A stretch of 64,000 bases of DNA from Histomonas meleagridis 2922-C6/04-290x. Its lineage: Eukaryota; Protista; Parabasalia. The notes below the pieces were generated by a model. That model did no database searches. It saw only the letters and a list, made by a program, of their open reading frames with translations, and was not told where the DNA came from. Made by a program: the position numbers and the translations under genes. Shown one piece after another: positions 58,181-64,000 of this stretch (positions are counted from its first letter, which is position 1; each line of letters begins with the position of its first letter). Where the stretch lies: positions 1 through 64,000 of the forward strand of contig JAANOX010000200.1 of the NCBI GenBank assembly GCA_020184695.1, in the 5' to 3' direction.

Positions 58181-59338
58181 TCAGCAGAGCCCGATCCTGT
58201 TGCACGCCTCTGTAGCCGACATTCCCTTTTGCGCGTACCTCATCACCACGTTCAGGTGATGTCCGACAATTGTTTCGCACACCTCCTTCAGCTGCGCGGG
58301 CACCTTCTCGCACAGCTTCTTCGCGTTCATCGCTGTCGCCGCCTTGCCCTCGAGCAACGCCTTCACTCCGTTCACTACTGTCTTGCACACTGTGCACGCC
58401 GCGAAGTTTGAGACTCCCTCCGGAACGTCGATGGGCTCTACTTCATCTTCATCTTCTTCATCATTTCGTTGTCGCAAGAAGCGTTTGCCGCAGACTTCTT
58501 TAGCGATGATGACGCCTTGGTAAGGGCCGTACTTCCTGACATGATCAACTAAGCACTGGCTGAAGTTCGTCATGTCGCTGACTGTGTTAATCGCAAGTTC
58601 ATCTTCATCGGAGTTCAGCTCGGGGCAACTCCTTCTGCATATCTTCGCGGCTTCACTGTTGGATAACTTTGGATTTTCAAGAATTGCATTCACTATGCAC
58701 GACGAACATTTTGGTGAAATGTAATTTGAGTTAGAGCAAAAAGGACCGCAATAAAGATCAGCTGCATAAGAGCCTAAAAGTCGTCCTTTGGTGTTGATGT
58801 AATATGAGTAACATGCAGCGCATTCACCTCGTCCATTCGATTCGGATTCTTCGGAATTTCCGCATATTCGGTGAATCGTTTCAAATGGATACCCTTTTCC
58901 GTAGTAAAAATAAAAACAGGAGGCCTCATTGGAAGCGTCGTTCACATATTTGCTTTTTGGATAGTTCTGACAAATGTCTTTGCAAGATCCTTTGCGTTCA
59001 CTGAAACACTCATCCATGCATGATTCATAAGTTTTGTGCCCAATTTGGAGAAACCGGTTATCTCCTGGAGGACCTTTCTTTAAATCTTGATTTGGAAATT
59101 CGTCAGAATAGTCATAATCCATTTCATCTTCATCGTTGCTGTTCTTGCAAAGACTTGGACAGTTATTAAGGGCATATATTGGACCAAGAGTTTGGCCGTA
59201 GATGGCAATTTGTTGTGCAAGGCAAATGGCGCATGCTGCATACGAATTTTCTTCATCTTTCGCATCATGTTCTTCATTATTATACCGATTATTGCAATAA
59301 TTAATGTTTAGAGCATGGATAAACAAGAGAACAAGCAT
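58181..59338 (-). CDS. Secreted Cys-rich multi-module precursor ending in a saposin-B (SAPLIP) domain
   Basis: Signal peptide; C-terminal CTVCKTVV...LCEKVP...VCETIV...ACNRIGLC six-Cys pattern. Confidence 0.8.
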   Translation of the reverse strand: MLVLLFIHALNINYCNNRYNNEEHDAKDEENSYAACAICLAQQIAIYGQTLGPIYALNNCPSLCKNSNDEDEMDYDYSDEFPNQDLKKGPPGDNRFLQIGHKTYESCMDECFSERKGSCKDICQNYPKSKYVNDASNEASCFYFYYGKGYPFETIHRICGNSEESESNGRGECAACYSYYINTKGRLLGSYAADLYCGPFCSNSNYISPKCSSCIVNAILENPKLSNSEAAKICRRSCPELNSDEDELAINTVSDMTNFSQCLVDHVRKYGPYQGVIIAKEVCGKRFLRQRNDEEDEDEVEPIDVPEGVSNFAACTVCKTVVNGVKALLEGKAATAMNAKKLCEKVPAQLKEVCETIVGHHLNVVMRYAQKGMSATEACNRIGLC

Positions 59339-60141
59339 TCAATACTGTCAAATGACACAATTTTTTGTGGAAGGTTTGAATTTAGTTCTAAAGGTCAAAT
59401 GTGACGGTTACTAAATTTTTCTAAACATAAGAAATCCATATTGAAACAATGGACGGAGATTTCTCCGTAAACTATTCATTTGCTTGTTTTTTTCTGAAAG
59501 TTCGGTTTTGACGATTTATCTTTTTATTTTACCACTTTTTTCATAATTAAAATAGTTTGTTTGTTTGTTTCCCACAATTAATTATCGTACCATTTAAAAC
59601 GCAATAAAATGCAATAAATAAAGTTCTATTGAAATAAAGGGTACCAAACCTTTTTGCAAAATGGTTCATTCCATCCTTTTCAAATTCAGTAACATGGCTT
59701 AAGCACTTTTAAAGGAGACGTTTGATGAAAAATATTTTTATTCATATTATTGAAACTTAAAAACTTGAACAGATTCAAAAAATCTACCTGGAGATCCCCT
59801 GTTAGAAATGATCAATAAATATGACAATTGTGGGAATATTACAAGAAATGAAAAAATCTGATTTTCTGTTATAAGGGTACCCCCATAATTGAATGATTTA
59901 CAAATCAATTCTTAAGCCCAATTTTGTGGTCTTGGGCTTAATTAAGCGCCTTATTACCTACTATTTTGGGGGAATAAAAAGATGAAATTTTCTGAATAAG
60001 TTCAATTTGGCTAACCTTCGATTTTTATGATTTTTTATAAATTTTTCCTGATAGTGAAGGCTTAAAAATCAAAATTCAAGTAGTTGAGTTACAAAAAGTG
60101 GCAGTAATTCACTTTTTACGTATACTCAAATTTGAAAAAGC

Positions 60142-61287
60142 ATGAACAAATGGATACCATTCTTCTCCTTCTATGATGATGAGGGCATCGAGACAGTCAC
60201 GTCTAAAGATCAAAAAAATACTGAAATGCAAGTATTTAATCAAAAGAAATCCGAATTTTATATCAATCGAAATAATATTCGAGATTATTTAATATCAATT
60301 ATTTCATCTCCACCAAATTCATTTCATCAATATTCATCACAAGAACCATGGATTCCATATCATTTTATTTTATCTTTTTCTCTTTTATCATTCCACAAGT
60401 TACGCAATATTCAATTATTCAAAGAAGCCTGTTCCAAATACATCTTTAAAAGGCAAAGTAAATATGGTGGTTATGGTCCTTCACCTCATGAAATTGGTCA
60501 TGTCGCCTTAACATATACATCCATCAATACCATTGCGCTTACATTAAACGAAGCTAATTTCCAATCCATTGATCGTCATTCCCTATACAATTGGTTTATG
60601 TCACTTAAGCAGCCTAATGGTTCTTTTTCATCGTCAGAAGGATATCCATATGAATGTGACACACGTTCCACGTATTGTGTTATATCTGTTGCATCTCTTC
60701 TAAACATTCTTACTCCTGAGCTAACCAAGAACACAGCAGCTTTCCTCTCAAGTTGCCAAGGTTATGATGGCGGCTTCGGACCAATCCCCGGCTCCGAGAC
60801 GCACGGTGGCTATGGCTTTTGTGCCCTTGCAGCGCTTGATCTTCTTGGCGCGCTTGACACGATCGACGCCAACTCTGCCATCAAATGGTGTTCGATGCGT
60901 CAAATGCCATTTTGCGGCGGTTTTAATGGCAGAACGAACAAACTCGTCGACACTTGCTACACGTGGTGGGTTGGAGCAATGTGCAAAATATTAAGCGACC
61001 GCACGGGAACAGCTCCGTTTTGGAACGATGAGGCGCTCGCGACTTACGTTTTGACTGTTTGCCAAAACGTCGATGGCAGCTGCGGAGGGTTTAAGGATAA
61101 GCCCGGAAAGAAGGTGGACATGTTCCACACGATGTACGGGCTGGCGGGGCTGTCGGCTGCGTGCAGGAATCTAATAAAGGAAAAAACGGGATTCGAGTTG
61201 GAGGAAATGGACGCGCGTTATTGCGTGACGAAAGCGGCGGCGGAAATGATGAAAAGTTACTTCGCTGCAATTCCTTTTGAGTATTAA
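60142..61287 (+). CDS. Protein farnesyltransferase beta subunit
   Basis: DTRSTY, ETHGGYGFCA, FNGRTNKLVDTCYTWW, DKPGKKVDMFHTMYGLAGLS. Confidence 0.88.
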   Translation: MNKWIPFFSFYDDEGIETVTSKDQKNTEMQVFNQKKSEFYINRNNIRDYLISIISSPPNSFHQYSSQEPWIPYHFILSFSLLSFHKLRNIQLFKEACSKYIFKRQSKYGGYGPSPHEIGHVALTYTSINTIALTLNEANFQSIDRHSLYNWFMSLKQPNGSFSSSEGYPYECDTRSTYCVISVASLLNILTPELTKNTAAFLSSCQGYDGGFGPIPGSETHGGYGFCALAALDLLGALDTIDANSAIKWCSMRQMPFCGGFNGRTNKLVDTCYTWWVGAMCKILSDRTGTAPFWNDEALATYVLTVCQNVDGSCGGFKDKPGKKVDMFHTMYGLAGLSAACRNLIKEKTGFELEEMDARYCVTKAAAEMMKSYFAAIPFEY

Positions 61288-61680
61288 CGTGTGAAATAAA
61301 TTTGTTTTATTGTAAAGAAAAATAATTTGTAACTATTGTTGAAAAAATCATTAAAATCATTTCGGAAGAAAAAGTTTATGAAAACAAATAGACTAACACC
61401 TTAATGTAGCCCACGCCGAAACTGTAGCATTATTCTTAGAGAACATATCCAGTAATATATTTTTTTTAGATTTGATTTTTTGTTGAGTATTGTTCCTATT
61501 TTCACTCACTTCACCATGGAGAACGTTAGCATGAAAAAATCATTTTTCTCGATTTTCTTTAAATTTTATTGAAGAACTGTTTCTAATTTTAACATGATTT
61601 TTAAAGACACACTGTGTCAAAATTAATTTCAATTCTTTTGATTTTAAAACATTCCAAATACAAAATCAACAAATTTTTAT

Positions 61681-62136
61681 TTAAATTATTACTGCGTTTC
61701 CAATTTTTGGTTTTTTTAAAGGTTTAATTTGTTTTTTCATTTCATTTTTTTCCAATTTTTGCTCATTCCACAAATCAATTCTTTTTCTTTTTCCCATTTC
61801 CTCAAAATTAATTACTTGTAATTGTCCTATTTCATTCTCATTTTCATTTAACTTTCTATTTTCCATAATTTTTGCATTACAAATATTACACACACCATCA
61901 ATTACACAATTCACATGAAACACATGCCCACAACCAAAAGCAATTATATCACTTTGTCCAAGTAATTTATTACAATTCATACATTTTATTCCATTATATT
62001 CCACACCCATACATAACTCATTAATTTTTAAAAGTTGTTTATTTGCAGCCTCATTTTTTTTAATTTCCAACAAATTAATTTCAAACTCATTTTTCTCACG
62101 AATTGATCTAAAGAAATGAATTACAATTGATCCCAC
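61681..62136 (-). pseudogene. 5'-truncated fragment with C-terminal RING-H2 (Vps8/11/41-like tail)
   Basis: CMNC...CGHVFHVNC...CNIC; no ATG start, and the sequence switches abruptly at 62136. Confidence 0.55.
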
Positions 62137-62139
62137 AAC

Positions 62140-62499
62140 ATCAACGGTTTACCATTATTGGCTTTAGCTTTCATTAGCAACACTGCTTTGGTTGGAGCTG
62201 GTTTCGACTGTGCACCACGTCTTTACGTCTTAAATGGCGATGATTGGGTAGACCTTGGTTTAATTGATATCGCCGAAATTCGTGAAAAGGCAGCAGGTGG
62301 TTCCTCATCCTGATTTGCTTCAAGAGCCGCTGCTTTTGGTGGTAAGGCTGTTAACAAGAGTGAAGGAATCCATAACAACATTATCCTTGGAATTCGCGTT
62401 ACCAAGAATGCTTTCACCACATGCGCAAATGATGGCAAACTTGGTATTTGGCCATTTGATGCCCTTAAGAATCACTTCAAAGGTAAAAATCTCTTCTGA
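62140..62499 (+). pseudogene. 5'-truncated ARPC1 (Arp2/3 p41)-like fragment with internal stop
   Basis: Hand translation LPLLALAFISNTALVGAGFDCAP...HNNIILGI...FTTCANDGKLGIW; TGA at 62311-62313. Confidence 0.6.
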
Positions 62500-62719
62500 G
62501 TAAAATAGGCATCCTATAGATGGTTTTATGAGAGAATTCCTTGTTGAAAAAAATTCGAAGAATATAGATGAGTTTGTGATGAAGTTTAAAATGCTATTTT
62601 CCGTTGAGTTCCTTGATGGTCACATAGTTCCCCATTTTTTGTGAGAATAATTAGTCAAAAATCCTCTTCTTCTGGATGAATTTGTCTTTTTATTCACTTT
62701 TTTCTTTTTAGGCTAAACC

Positions 62720-63589
62720 TTACTTCCCAACTTCAGTCAAGGAATCGACTTTCATATCTGTTTCACCGTCTGTGCTGAAAGACATTTCCTTGTTACGTTC
62801 TACTTCCGAACGCAAATTCTCGGCTTTTTCAATTACACATTTGTAAGCATCGGTGCCTGTTGCAAGTCTGACTGGAGGATCCTCCATTTCGGACAGTTTG
62901 ACAATCAAACTTCCTAGCTTAGCCGGGTCACCTGCTTGTTTGTGGTTCATGCTTTCATGCCATTTCCGGAATGTTTCAAACTGAGGAGCATAGTCAGGGA
63001 TATTCTTTTCCGAATATTTCACTGAACTGCTATCCAAAAAGTCGGTCTTGAAAAATCCAGGTTCGATGATGGTAGAACGAATGCCCAAAGGTTTTACTTC
63101 TTGAGCCAAACCTTCCATCAAACCTTCCACAGCGAACTTTGATGAAGCATAAATCGCTCCACCTGCCACCGAAAACACTCCTGATACTGACGTGATGGTA
63201 AAAATACGTCCTGAATGTTTTGCTCGCATATATGGAAGAACAGCACGTGTCATGTTCATTACACCAAATACATTAGTTTCAAACTGGCTACGAATTTGCT
63301 CATCGGTGGTGTTCTCAAACCATCCCAACTGTCCGTATCCAGCATTATTCACCAGTATGTCAATCTGGCCAAATTGTTCGATTGTAGCTTCAACGGCCGC
63401 TGATACGCTCGCTTTGTCTGTTACGTCCAATGAAAGTGTAAGCACTTTTGGATTTGTTCCAAATTCTTTTTCAACTTTCTCCTTATTGCGAGAAGTTGCC
63501 ACAACACGGCCACCTGCTTCCAAGGCAGCTTTGGCAATGGCTAAGCCAAGCCCGCGTCCTGCTCCTGTTATCAACCAAACCCTTTCCAT
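62720..63589 (-). CDS. Classical short-chain dehydrogenase/reductase (bacterial-like)
   Basis: TGAGRGLG, LVNNAGYG, YASSK, IEPGFFKT. Confidence 0.92.
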   Translation of the reverse strand: MERVWLITGAGRGLGLAIAKAALEAGGRVVATSRNKEKVEKEFGTNPKVLTLSLDVTDKASVSAAVEATIEQFGQIDILVNNAGYGQLGWFENTTDEQIRSQFETNVFGVMNMTRAVLPYMRAKHSGRIFTITSVSGVFSVAGGAIYASSKFAVEGLMEGLAQEVKPLGIRSTIIEPGFFKTDFLDSSSVKYSEKNIPDYAPQFETFRKWHESMNHKQAGDPAKLGSLIVKLSEMEDPPVRLATGTDAYKCVIEKAENLRSEVERNKEMSFSTDGETDMKVDSLTEVGK

Positions 63590-64000
63590 ATTTTTTGAAA
63601 CACTTCACATTTGGTCCAAAAAGTATCGTATATAATAATAAACTTGTGAAAAAAAATCGGAAACAGAAAATCCACTTTTTGAATGTGAATTCTATTCAAA
63701 CCAATCAAAAGCGGTTATCCCATTCGATATTAATAGTATAGAAAAAGTGAAATTTTGAAAGCATTTCCATCGGTGTAATGTTTTAAGGTTCTATCGTCAG
63801 ATTTTTTCTGTGTTTTTTGATCTGTCGAATTTTTTTGTTTGTTTAACAAACTGTATAAAAACTTATGATACATCGAAAATTTTATTGTCCAAGTGAATTA
63901 CAAATTGTTGATCACTACAATAATAACGAAATTTAATACTTTATAGAAAGAATGCCCAATAACTAAAGTTTTCAAGTCACTTTACTCACTTAGCAAAGGT

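Overview
AT-rich, gene-dense eukaryotic DNA from a parabasalid (trichomonad; Tritrichomonas-like by inference). Support: near-intronless genes, an IBD/IBP39-like protein, DUF3447-type ankyrin genes and Inr-like motifs. About 30 ordinary genes or gene fragments are present, including a PPP phosphatase, nitroreductase, beta-adaptin, RasGAP, PDI, Rab, TtcA-like, importin-like, BTB, Rpf1, La, WD40s, an exonuclease-RRM protein, TECR, a saposin-like precursor, FTase beta and an SDR. There is also a decayed rve/IS481-like transposon, a local duplication and an 83-bp minisatellite. Main discovery: three dispersed ankyrin genes (15292-18033 +, 22868-25791 -, 46080-48971 +) look broken, but they decode cleanly. 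In every ankyrin beta-hairpin loop, the codons for D-x-x-G-x are separated from each other by fixed-length 17-nt AT-rich spacers (consensus ATTT...ATTT, no GT-AG). The pattern is codon / 17 nt / codon / 17 nt / codon / 17 nt / codon / 17 nt / codon. Removing the 107 spacers (105 of 17 nt, two of 18 nt) restores canonical KDxxGxTAL motifs. It also gives continuous 726-aa and 759-aa ORFs at two loci. The removal mechanism (non-canonical micro-splicing, deletional editing, ribosomal bypassing or DNA excision) cannot be determined from sequence alone. A 22-aa metallothionein-like micro-ORF missed by the ORF track lies at 36574-36642 (-).
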